A DNA stretch of 63,985 bases, filler included, from Conidiobolus incongruus B7586 (Eukaryota), in the NCBI GenBank assembly GCA_000697335.1. It is 17 parts of 17 records of this genome, joined end to end, with 100 filler letters (N's around TTAATTAATTAA, not from the genome) between each part and the next. Parts side by side here need not be neighbours in the genome. Positions count along the whole stretch, not along the records: positions 16,415 to 25,386 come from JNEM01006829.1; positions 25,487 to 26,781 come from JNEM01006831.1; positions 26,882 to 29,603 come from JNEM01006832.1; positions 29,704 to 34,553 come from JNEM01006833.1; positions 34,654 to 35,683 come from JNEM01006840.1; positions 35,784 to 37,327 come from JNEM01006853.1; 11 more parts are not named here. One strand, given 5' to 3'. Positions 25,164 through 37,427 of this stretch are shown one piece after another; within the stretch, counting starts at the first letter, position 1; every line of letters begins with the position of its first letter. Under the pieces are notes generated by a model, which saw only the letters and a program-made list of their open reading frames with translations, ran no database searches and was not told the origin of the DNA. Position numbers and translations under genes: made by a program.

Positions 25164-28100
25164 TATTATTTTTCAATAGATTTAGTAGTTATAAATTTAA
25201 TAATATTTGAAAAATCAATTTTGATATGGTTTGATTAAATAATTAATTATTTGCAAAGTATTAATTTAATAATTAAAATATTCAAATTGATATCTATCAC
25301 TTATATATTAATTAAATTTTAAAAAAAATAAATTTTATTAAATTTTTAATTTATTATTAATATACTATTTAATTATACAGAATTTTNNNNNNNNNNNNNN
25401 NNNNNNNNNNNNNNNNNNNNNNNNNNNNNNTTAATTAATTAANNNNNNNNNNNNNNNNNNNNNNNNNNNNNNNNNNNNNNNNNNNNTATTTTTTGACTTA
25501 TTATCTATAATTGAATAAAATCTTTATATTATTTTATATTGAAAACTATCCTTAATTTAAAAAATATTCTTATTTTCCTAGTCATTATAAAAATTCAAAT
25601 ACTTAATATTTATTTAATTTTTATTTTAATTTTATTAATATAAAAAAACTTACTAATATAGAAATTAATAATAATATCAGGCCAAATAATTAGGTACTTC
25701 TTATTATATATATTTTTGTTTGAATTTTTTTTATTTTATTAGAAATTAAGCTTGTTTTTTTAGAATATAAGAATTTTAAACAAAAAATTCATATTGTTAT
25801 CAAATTAAGATTTTTTTTAATTATTTTTAATTTTTTTTGTTTAAATTATATTTAATATTATTTCTAATTTTTTTCCATTTAACTTATATTTGAAATATAA
25901 TATTTATTAAATTTTTTAAATAAAGTAAAAAAATTATTATATCTATAAACTTAACTAAAATGATAGTTTTAGAAAAATATTTGCTTATAATTTTTATATT
26001 AAATTCAAAGATAGTTATTATTTGAATATGGTTTTAATTTGTTATATATTATAATTGACTAACTTCCTAATAATATAAAACTATATCTAAGTATGGTTAG
26101 ATACCTTATTAAATCTAGAATTTTTATAACTTAGTAGTTACTTTAATAATGATATTTTTTATTTCAATATCATATAATATCATAATTATATCAAATCTCA
26201 AAAATACCAACTTTTGTTAAAAAAAGCTAAAGGTGAAATATAGGAAATTAAATTGAATCATAAATTGAGAAAATATTTTAATAAGAAAATATATCAATTA
26301 TTAAATATTTTATTAGTTAATATATATATATATATATATATATAATCTTTTATTTTTATATTACTCAATTTATATCCCTTTTTGACCATTTGTTTTTTAT
26401 ATCTTTAATTATCTTTTTTATAATATATTTTTTATATATTGGATTTATTCTAGTAAATAACTATATTTCTAATAATATACAAAAATTGCTCTTAGAGGAT
26501 ATATTGGAGAAAAAATGAATTATAATTCTTCTCCTTAGTTATTTAAATTTAAATAACATATAATATTCTATTTTTTAAGTGTTTCTATTTTATTATCTAG
26601 TTATTTATTATTAATTATTATTTAATAGCAAAAGTTATAAATAATATAATATAAATATAATATATATTATTCATATTTAAATTTTATTTTGGAATAATAT
26701 TAATTTAATAAATAATATAAGAATAAAAATTAAATATTAAGAAAATTCTAAAATCAGAATTAAATATAATATTTAATTAAANNNNNNNNNNNNNNNNNNN
26801 NNNNNNNNNNNNNNNNNNNNNNNNNTTAATTAATTAANNNNNNNNNNNNNNNNNNNNNNNNNNNNNNNNNNNNNNNNNNNNTAAATATACTAAATAACTA
26901 TAATTATATACGTAATATTTTAGGTAATATACTAGATATGATAGTTTTTTCTAAAATTTTAATTTAAAAAACCTATTATAACTTTAATTTTATATATTTT
27001 AAAATTCTATATAAAATGATAATTATATAAATCTATTTAAAAGTTATTTATTAAATATCATTATATATAAAAAGATATAAAATTAGATATTAATTAATTA
27101 TCCTTTATAAGTTCAATAAAGGAATTAAATACCATTATAATTTAATTAAATTATTATTTTTTCTTTATCAAAAAAATATTTATATATTAAATTTTTAAAA
27201 ATAATTATTTTAATATTTAATATTGATATGATTTCAAATAAAAGAATAAATAAAGAATGTTACCATTTATAGATTATATTGATTTAATATCAGTAACTTG
27301 ATATTTATATTAATCTTAATAAGTTTTGTTTAAGAGTAATTTCTATAGTTTTTTTATCATATACTGAATTATATAATGTTTATTTTATATATTTTTTAAT
27401 AGATTTAAGTATAAATTTAAATATTAATGATATAATTAAGATTAAATCACCTGGATATTTGTTTAATTTAATTAAAGAGGTGTTATTTAATTCATTTTTA
27501 TAAATCATTAATAAAGATCAAAATCAAATTAATAGTGAGTTTTTAAAAATTTAGTTGATTTTGAAAAATGTTATTTTTAGCTTTAAAATATCTACTCTAA
27601 TAACAAATGATGGTTTTAAGTAGAATATTATTTTCATAAACTATTTACAAATCTTAAATTAACTTAAATGATATACGGTTAAGTTTTAGCAATATTAAAA
27701 TAGAAAAATTTTATTAATCACTATTTAGTTTAAGTATAATTTTTTTTCAAATTTAGGTTTTTATATAAAAATATTTTAATGAAAAATTATAAATGAATGT
27801 ATTATTTGAAAATATTAACTTTATCATAGTTTTTGTATTAGTTATTTTTCAAACTAACAATATATTTGAAAAATCAGATATTAAAAAATTTAACATTTTT
27901 TTCTTTCTAAACTAATAATATAAGTATTTAAGTATAATTTAATTATTTATCACATTACTTAATAACAGTATTGGGCTTTAAAAGAATCACAATTAATACT
28001 GATCTAATTAATTATATATCATCAATTATTTGATTTTTATGATCTTACTAGCCTATTAAATTATAACCAAAATTTGAATAGAAAAATAGAATGAAACTTT

Positions 28101-28738
28101 AATTAAATTATGAGCTCAATCCTTCGTTTAAGAATTATATTATATTAAAAGCAAATTTTGTTATAATTGTAGGATTAAGATGATATAAAATGTCAAAATA
28201 GATTCCATATTAACCTTTGAAATTTTATTAATCGCTTAATATAACAATTAATTGAAAAAAATATATATTAATTTTTGTAATTAAATATATTGTTAAAATA
28301 TAATTCAGTATCTTGGGTAATGAATCAATCATCAAATATTTTAGTGAATATTAGAAATCATGAAATAATTATTTATATTTTATCAATGACATTTATATTT
28401 TAATTTTTTGGATCAAAGACAAAATAGAGTTTATATGAAATAAAATATATCATATAGGAAATAAAATTATTTTTGAGTAAATATTGTGGAAAATCAATTA
28501 TATTAAAAATGATATGAAGATATTGATACCAACTTATTATTTAATAAAGTGAATAATATACTATATGCTAGAACCATTTTGTCATTCTAAATTAGACGAG
28601 TAGAATATAGATAGAACTTAAGTAATTATATTCTCACAGCTCGGGGAAATTATAAATGAAATAGTAATAATATATAACTGAATATCTATAATTTTATTAA
28701 AAATTTTGGGTCATAAAAATACAAATTTAGTTGGGAAA

Positions 28739-30398
28739 TTATCTGTGACTAGGTTGAGTGTAGTGGTATTGAGTTAACCATTGTACACCCTGATTCAATT
28801 CAACTCCAGCTCTCTTGACAAAGCTGGGATCTTTCAGAAATTCTCGTCCAATAAAGATTAAATCAGCTTTTTCTTCTTCCAAAATAGCATTGGCATCAGA
28901 AGGAGTAGTAATTAAGCCAACTGCTCCAGTTAATACACCAACTTCTTCACGGATCCTATGAGCGAAAGGAACTTGATAACGAGGTCCAACTGGAATCTTT
29001 TGTCTTGGAGAGTTACCACCGGAGGATGAATCAATCAAATCAACTCCCTTCTCTTTCAAGAGATGAGCAAGTTTGACAGTTTGTTCCAATTCCCACGTTT
29101 CTTCTTGATCAACCCAATCAGTTGAACTCAATCTGACAAATAATGGCTTTTCTTTAGGCCATACTTGAGTCACTCCATCAATCAATTCTAATAAGAATCG
29201 AGTTCGATTTTCAAAACTACCTCCATATTCGTCTGTACGATGATTGGAAACAGGACTGAGGAAGGAGTGAATGAGATAACCATGAGCTCCATGGATTTCA
29301 AGGACATCATAACCAGCATCATTCACTCTTCTAGCTGCTACTTTGAATGATTCTATCAACTCTTTGATTTGATCTTTGGTGAGTACTTGTGGTTTAATAA
29401 AACCTTTAGTATCCCAAATTTCATCAGAAGGTCCAACTACATTCCATCCACCATCTTCAGGTCCAACGATTCCTTTAGGATTGGGGAAGAAAGGAGGGAA
29501 AGTACTGGCTTTACGACCAGCATGAGCAATTTGAATACCGATCTTACCACCAAGATTGTGAACCAAATCAACTACTCGTTTGTGACCTTCAACATGTTCT
29601 TCANNNNNNNNNNNNNNNNNNNNNNNNNNNNNNNNNNNNNNNNNNNNTTAATTAATTAANNNNNNNNNNNNNNNNNNNNNNNNNNNNNNNNNNNNNNNNN
29701 NNNCCTCCATATTCGTCTGTACGATGATTGGAAACAGGACTGAGGAAGGAGTGAATGAGATAACCATGAGCTCCATGGATTTCAAGGACATCATAACCAG
29801 CATCATTCACTCTTCTAGCTGCTACTTTGAATGATTCTATCAACTCTTTGATTTGATCTTTGGTGAGTACTTGTGGTTTAATAAAACCTTTAGTATCCCA
29901 AATTTCATCAGAAGGTCCAACTACATTCCATCCACCATCTTCAGGTCCAACGATTCCTTTAGGATTGGGGAAGAAAGGAGGGAAAGTACTGGCTTTACGA
30001 CCAGCATGAGCAATTTGAATACCGATCTTACCACCAAGATTGTGAACCAAATCAACTACTCGTTTGTGACCTTCAACATGTTCTTCATGGTAAATACCAG
30101 CGCAATAAGGAGTAATTCTTCCATTAGCTTGGACAGCAGTGGCTTCAACAATGATCAAACCAGCTCCATTCAAAGCATATTGACCATAGTGAGCAAGATG
30201 GAAATCAGTCAAATAACCATCTTCAGATGAAAACATGCACATAGGACTGACGACTACTCGATTGGGTAAAGTGACAGATTTGATGGTAAAAGGTTGTAAT
30301 AATTTGGGTACATCTTCGATCTTTTGGCCTTTCTTCAATATAGCTTGACCAGGAATAGCAGCGATAGGGTGGTAAAATTGAGTAGGATTGTTAACCAT
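28739..30398 (-). CDS. Old Yellow Enzyme (YqjM/NamA-type NADH:flavin oxidoreductase) copy 1, split by an assembly gap
   Basis: 29220-29603 is repeated at 29704-30087 across the gap; collapsing gives 1176 bp, same length and protein as 31974-33149. Confidence 0.88.
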
Positions 30399-31973
30399 TT
30401 TGATGTTGTAAAGACAAGGCTAATATAATACAATTAATTAAATATGTTGATGATTCAATACTCAACACGTAATTACCCATATTTATACTATTTTTTCCAT
30501 TTTAAAATCTATATAAATTGCATAATCCAATATTGAACACCAACTGTTTACAAATCCACTCAATCGGAATTTTGAAATGATGTGATTTATCTTTATTATT
30601 GCCCTTTGATAATAATTTTAAATTTCCTGCATTACATAAATTAGTAATCCAAACTTTTCATTCGCTATTTTTCAATATTAAAATATAAATTATATTGAGA
30701 TTTAATAGATTGATCATATTGTCATTTATTTATTAAAACCATTATTTACTCTATATTTCATAAATATAATTTGTTAATAGAATAAAACAATCTCATCGTT
30801 TCGATTCTATTCAAATTTTTCAATTTTTCATATCATCTTCATCATTAATAATGGAGATTCTTAAAAAATTTTAAGTGGTTTACTTCCATTTAAACTATTA
30901 ATCATTTTTTTTCCAAAATTTATTGATTCTTTAGATTGTTTGTTAAATATAATCTAATTATGTTAAATATTTGGAAATGAATCATTAACAATATTTTCAA
31001 AATCCTTATATTATAAATTATATTATTTTAAATTCATAGCAATTTGACTTTATTATTATAAAATATTAATTAATATATATTATTTTTATTATTTTAAAAT
31101 TTTAAATCTACCACTTATTTCAGCGAATTATTAAATTTTATAATATTCAATGTTATTGAAGTATATTTTAAATTCTTATATCATATAATTATCATTTTAG
31201 GAGATTATCATTATAAAAATATTCACCTTTATCCTTTTACTAAATTGAAGAATAATGAACTTTAATCATCTATTATCCAACGTTATTAGAATAATAATAA
31301 ATATTTCAATGAACCTGAAAATTTGTTTAAATTATCTAAAAGTGAATGTATAATTACAATATTAATAAAATATTCAAACAAGTAATATTATTAATTGTTC
31401 CATATATAAAACATTGAAAATATAATTAAATCAATTGGTTATCTAAATACTGTAAAATATTTGGCGTTTGTGAATTTTTATATTAGATATATATATTGAA
31501 TCTTCAACTTATAATCCAAAAACTATATTTAATATAATTTCAAAAATGATATTTTTATTTAAAGGCAACTTTCAATGAATTTAAAAAATTAAATTATATT
31601 GAATTTAAGGCTTAGTTCAAATAGAATATTATAAATTCGATTTATTGGTTAATCAAATTATTTCAAAGAGATTTTCTGATATTTTCGGTGTGAAAATTAT
31701 TTAGTATTTATGCAAATTTGATTACTAATCGAACTGGTACAAAATGATAAGCATGTTGAAAACCATAACCCCAACTAAATGGATAAAATGACATCATCTT
31801 TCCTTTTTGAATCAAATTTATTAGTAATAATCTATTTGGATTATAATTTAAATGATTTTATAGATTTTAAAATGGAAAAAATAGTATAAATATGGGTAAT
31901 TACGTGTTGAGTATTGAATCATCAACATATTTAATTAATTGTATTATATTAGCCTTGTCTTTACAACATCAAA

Positions 31974-33149
31974 ATGGTTAACAATCCTACTCAATTTTAC
32001 CACCCTATCGCTGCTATTCCTGGTCAAGCTATATTGAAGAAAGGCCAAAAGATCGAAGATGTACCCAAATTATTACAACCTTTTACCATCAAATCTGTCA
32101 CTTTACCCAATCGAGTAGTCGTCAGTCCTATGTGCATGTTTTCATCTGAAGATGGTTATTTGACTGATTTCCATCTTGCTCACTATGGTCAATATGCTTT
32201 GAATGGAGCTGGTTTGATCATTGTTGAAGCCACTGCTGTCCAAGCTAATGGAAGAATTACTCCTTATTGCGCTGGTATTTACCATGAAGAACATGTTGAA
32301 GGTCACAAACGAGTAGTTGATTTGGTTCACAATCTTGGTGGTAAGATCGGTATTCAAATTGCTCATGCTGGTCGTAAAGCCAGTACTTTCCCTCCTTTCT
32401 TCCCCAATCCTAAAGGAATCGTTGGACCTGAAGATGGTGGATGGAATGTAGTTGGACCTTCTGATGAAATTTGGGATACTAAAGGTTTTATTAAACCACA
32501 AGTACTCACCAAAGATCAAATCAAAGAGTTGATAGAATCATTCAAAGTAGCAGCTAGAAGAGTGAATGATGCTGGTTATGATGTCCTTGAAATCCATGGA
32601 GCTCATGGTTATCTCATTCACTCCTTCCTCAGTCCTGTTTCCAATCATCGTACAGACGAATATGGAGGTAGTTTTGAAAATCGAACTCGATTCTTATTAG
32701 AATTGATTGATGGAGTGACTCAAGTATGGCCTAAAGAAAAGCCATTATTTGTCAGATTGAGTTCAACTGATTGGGTTGATCAAGAAGAAACGTGGGAATT
32801 GGAACAAACTGTCAAACTTGCTCATCTCTTGAAAGAGAAGGGAGTTGATTTGATTGATTCATCCTCCGGTGGTAACTCTCCAAGACAAAAGATTCCAGTT
32901 GGACCTCGTTATCAAGTTCCTTTCGCTCATAGGATCCGTGAAGAAGTTGGTGTATTAACTGGAGCAGTTGGCTTAATTACTACTCCTTCTGATGCCAATG
33001 CTATTTTGGAAGAAGAAAAAGCTGATTTAATCTTTATTGGACGAGAATTTCTGAAAGATCCCAGCTTTGTCAAGAGAGCTGGAGTTGAATTGAATCAGGG
33101 TGTACAATGGTTAACTCAATACCACTACACTCAACCTAGTCACAGATAA
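31974..33149 (+). CDS. Old Yellow Enzyme (YqjM/NamA-type NADH:flavin oxidoreductase) copy 2
   Basis: 391 aa; NRVVVSPMC, EATAV, QIAHAGRKAS, EIHGAHGYL, RTDEYGGSFENR. Confidence 0.96.
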   Translation: MVNNPTQFYHPIAAIPGQAILKKGQKIEDVPKLLQPFTIKSVTLPNRVVVSPMCMFSSEDGYLTDFHLAHYGQYALNGAGLIIVEATAVQANGRITPYCAGIYHEEHVEGHKRVVDLVHNLGGKIGIQIAHAGRKASTFPPFFPNPKGIVGPEDGGWNVVGPSDEIWDTKGFIKPQVLTKDQIKELIESFKVAARRVNDAGYDVLEIHGAHGYLIHSFLSPVSNHRTDEYGGSFENRTRFLLELIDGVTQVWPKEKPLFVRLSSTDWVDQEETWELEQTVKLAHLLKEKGVDLIDSSSGGNSPRQKIPVGPRYQVPFAHRIREEVGVLTGAVGLITTPSDANAILEEEKADLIFIGREFLKDPSFVKRAGVELNQGVQWLTQYHYTQPSHR

Positions 33150-33779
33150 TTTCCCAACTAAATTTGTATTTTTATGACCCAAAGTTCTCTATTTAATAAA
33201 ATATTAAAAAATATTTAAAAATTCTCATTTTCGTAATAATTTTTTATTGAATTTTTAATCAAAGTTAATCTATACAAGTATTATCAATATCACCTTAGAA
33301 TTAAATTAATGGAATATATTTCAATCTTTGCTTTTTCAAATATATTATTATTTGAAAAAAAATTAATTTTTGAGTTATATTTTTAAATATATAATTGTTT
33401 TTATTAAAATATTGATTTTTTAAAATTATTATTTAATAAAATATTTAGTTCAATAGTAATTATAAAAAGCATTTTATTTTTAATTTTATTAAATTTATTA
33501 ATAATTTTCAATTTTTAAAAATTTATATATTGATTTTCAATATAATATTTTATTTAAATCAATTATTTATTTCTTTATCAGTATTTTTCAAACTTTAAGA
33601 AATTGTATATATATTATATATTATCTTAAAATATTAATTTGAATTTTTTTTATTATTAATGTATTAAAAAATTATATTAAAAGATATTTTTCTATATTAA
33701 TTTTAAAATCATCAAAGTATTTGAATATTAGTAATAAAAATATATAATATATATAATAGCTATATCTTAAATTAATTAA

Positions 33780-34020
33780 TAAAAATATAAAATATATATC
33801 ATATACTTTAACTAATTCTTAAATGAGCTAGAATAGCTATAATAAAGTAATACTTACTGAGGTATAATTAAATTATAAGTTTTTTATAACAAATTATTTA
33901 ATTAATATATTAAAATATTCTTTGGATTAATTGTTTACTAAAATATATATCAAAATGCTATTTGAAGTTAAAATTAAATAATTTATAAGTAATATTAAAT
34001 TAATAAAAATAAATTGATAT
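33780..34020 (+). mobile_element. Very degenerate mariner (family A) internal fragment, boundaries approximate
   Basis: TTTAACTAA..GCTAGAATAGCTAT..ACTTACTGAGGTATAATTA aligns by eye with the NLT..RVA..LLRYN region of A copies. Confidence 0.6.
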
Positions 34021-34031
34021 TAATAATTATA

Positions 34032-34553
34032 CACTGGCCTATAACAATGAGTTATAAAATTATAATCATATATATTTTTATTAATAACTTTGTTAATTCT
34101 TAATTAAATTAATTTTAATAAAAATATATAATAAAATTATTTTATTTATTTATAATTAAAAATATTTAATTAAATTATATTAACTTTTAATTAATATACT
34201 AAAATTTAAATTTTATCTAGATAAGTCATAAATTTATATATTTTGGATATAAAAAAAATTAAAACTTAATATATCTATCTTTTGTTTTTCTAACTTCCTT
34301 AAGTTTATAGGGTATAAAGTTAATTAACTTCTTATATTAAAAGAGATTAATTTTATTTTAAGCTTCTTAAATATATTTCCAAAGCTTATTTAAAATTTTT
34401 GTTAATGGGAAAGCTTTAACTATTTTTTTAATTAATTTTAAAAATATTTAATTAGATTAAAATTAAAGATTAAAAAAGTTATTTTATAACTATTATTTTA
34501 TTATTTTTAAATTATTTGGTAATATAAAGATAATATAACAAGGGGTATTATTT
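34032..34553 (-). mobile_element. Tc1 family B, 3' part, truncated by gap
   Basis: TA then CACTGGCCTATAACAATGAGTTATAAAAT TIR; reverse complement of transposase C-terminus. Confidence 0.85.
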
Positions 34554-34816
34554 NNNNNNNNNNNNNNNNNNNNNNNNNNNNNNNNNNNNNNNNNNNNTTA
34601 ATTAATTAANNNNNNNNNNNNNNNNNNNNNNNNNNNNNNNNNNNNNNNNNNNNCCTTGGTAAATTTTCAGAATTAGATATTTCTAATATAATATATATTA
34701 ATCAAAAATTAATAAAAATTAAAAATTATATTAAATAATTAAAATATATATATCATTAATCTAATATATTCTTTAAATATAAATATTATTATATTAAATT
34801 ATAATAATATTATATT

Positions 34817-35683
34817 TGTTAAGAGACTAGTTCTCTAAATTCTTATATACACTTTCATATAATCCAATTAACTATAAATTATATGATTAATTTATACTTA
34901 TATAGTTAAATTAATTGTATAAATAGTATTAAACTATTTAATAAACTAGGTTCCTCTTTTTCTTCTCAATTCTTACTATTTTTTACTTTCACACTATTTC
35001 TAAGATTGAGACTATATTCTGTCAATATTGTAGGATATTAGCACTACCTAATATAAATCTTAATATATCAGTGACTCATCCTAGTTTGAAGCTTAATTAA
35101 ACTTTGTTTATACTTGCACACTATAGCCACATTATATTACCATATTCTGCACCACACTACTTTTATATTAAGTTTTCCTCTACACTATATTAGTTTAACT
35201 ACCACTATACTTATATGGTAGCAGCAAAAAAACTGTTAAAAAAAAAACCTACTAGAAATTAATAACTACTTGTATCTAACCTATCTATTGCTATTTTAAA
35301 TCTTATTTATAATTTATTTCATTTAAATTTAACATTATACACTATAATACCACCAAAAAAGGAGATACCCTTATATTATTTTAATGATGATGGTAGCTTA
35401 ATTACTGAGTGAATCCAAGACTTTAGTCCCTAAAAGCTTACTACCCTCCAAGAAGCTTATATTAGACAACTTTTGATTGAAAAAAACATGTCTTAAAGAG
35501 CTTAAATCCAACAAACCAGCTACTTTACTACAGTTAATGCATCAAACCACCTCTTTAGTGTCTTTAAAAACAAATTAACTACTTATGATAGCTTAAAAAA
35601 CCTTCACAAGCTTGAAAACTACCTTAAAAACATGAAGAATTACTTTGATTTAATTCCTGATAAAGATCTAAAGAATATCCTTA
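34817..35683 (+). mobile_element. LTR retrotransposon 5' end: LTR 34817-35215, PBS 35216-35225, mutated gag-like frame from 35347
   Basis: LTR starts TGTTAAGAG and matches solo copy 60747-61141; followed by TGGTAGCAGC (initiator-Met tRNA-like PBS); stop-riddled frame (M>I)PPKKEIP..YDSLKNLHKLENYLKNMKNYF. Confidence 0.8.
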
Positions 35684-35837
35684 NNNNNNNNNNNNNNNNN
35701 NNNNNNNNNNNNNNNNNNNNNNNNNNNTTAATTAATTAANNNNNNNNNNNNNNNNNNNNNNNNNNNNNNNNNNNNNNNNNNNNCAATAAAAATTTATTTA
35801 AAATAAAATTGATTAAGATATTTAAAAATTAATTATA

Positions 35838-37327
35838 CACTGACTTGCAAAAATAAGTCATAAAATCAAATATATATATATTTTAATTAATAACTAAAAC
35901 AATTGTATATATTAATTTACTTGAAATTGTAATATATAATTAAGGCATATTATTTGACTATAAATAAATATATTTGGATATATTTAGTAAACTATTAGCA
36001 AAAATATTAACCTTTAATATTTTATAAAATAAGTTATAAATTTATGGGTTTTTAAGATAAAGGGATATATTTAACAATATATAACCATATCTTTTTTCTC
36101 TCTTTGCTATTATTTTATATAATATTTTATAGTTATATTAAATTTTTTTATCAGTATTATTATAACTAAATCCCTCTCTAAAAAAAATCTACTTGTATAT
36201 TAATTAACTTTATAAAGAAGGTAAATCAACTTATAATATTGTTAGAATTACTAGTGTTAGTTAGTCTACTATAGTTAAAGCTGTTAAGAATAGCAATAAA
36301 AATATATTTAAACTTATACTTAAGTGTGTTAAAATTATAAATGAATATAATGAGAAATAATCTATAAATTGGTTAGTATAAGCAAGTGTGGTACTATTGT
36401 AGAAATATAGCAAGAACTATAAGACTATATAAGAATATCAGTTAACACTGATACTATTATACATACTTTATATTAGCATAGATACCACTTACACTTTAAA
36501 AAAAACAACCCTAACTAAAGAAATCCCATTATAAAACTAGGTGGGAGTTTAAATGTTATCACTAATGTTAAACTAAAACTGATTAGAGTAAGGTTATTTA
36601 ATCTAATAAAACAAAAATATACTTTAGTGGATTTAATAAAAAAGCTAGATACTTCAAAAAAAATGCAGAATTACTTTATGACTATTATGTTAATTTTACC
36701 CAAAAGTACAATAATAGGTTAAATATTATTTAAGGATATATATTGTTTTTAGATATAGGATATCTTTATAAAGTTAATATGGGAATTAATGTTAAGATAT
36801 ATTAAAGTATTCTAAATAATAAATTGAAAAAAACTATTGAATAGTATAGGTTAAACAAATCTAATATTATTTTCTAGTAAGATAATACCTTTTGTTATAT
36901 TATAGCTTCTATTACCAAATAGCTTAAAAATAACAAAATAATAGTTATGAAGTAGCCTCTTTAATTTTTTAACTTTAACCCAATTAAATACCTTTAGGAT
37001 TAGTTAAAAAAAGCTATTAAAGCTTTCCCCTAGTAAAAGATTTAAATCAACTTTAGGAATATATTCAAGAAACATAAAACAAGATTAACCCTTCTTAGTA
37101 TAAAAAGTTAGTTAATTTTATACCCTACAAACTTAAAGAAGTTAGAGAAACTAAAGATAAATATACTAAGTTTTAATTTTTTTTATCATTAAAAACTTGT
37201 AAATTTATAACTCACCTTAGGTAAAATTTAAGTGTTTAAATTTTAACCAATTAATAGCTAAATATCATCATATAATGATATATATTATAAATAAATATAA
37301 TAGATTTTAATTATTTAATTTAAGTTT
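35838..37327 (+). mobile_element. Tc1 family B, near full length, right end lost in gap
   Basis: TA plus CACTGACTTGCAAAAATAAGTCATAAAATC; colinear with 38074-39646. Confidence 0.9.
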
Positions 37328-37427
37328 NNNNNNNNNNNNNNNNNNNNNNNNNNNNNNNNNNNNNNNNNNNNTTAATTAATTAANNNNNNNNNNNNNNNNN
37401 NNNNNNNNNNNNNNNNNNNNNNNNNNN

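Larger units (their letters stand above)
28705..33183. repeat. Inverted duplication, arms about 1325 bp (28705-30513 after collapsing overlap; 31859-33183), unique spacer 30514-31858
   Basis: Identity covers CDS, about 115 bp upstream and about 34 bp downstream, then stops; outer flanks differ. Confidence 0.85.

Noticed and set aside
29220..30087. Third OYE copy or internal tandem duplication
   Set aside because: Exact 384-bp overlap on both sides of a gap; merging gives one normal 1176-bp gene.
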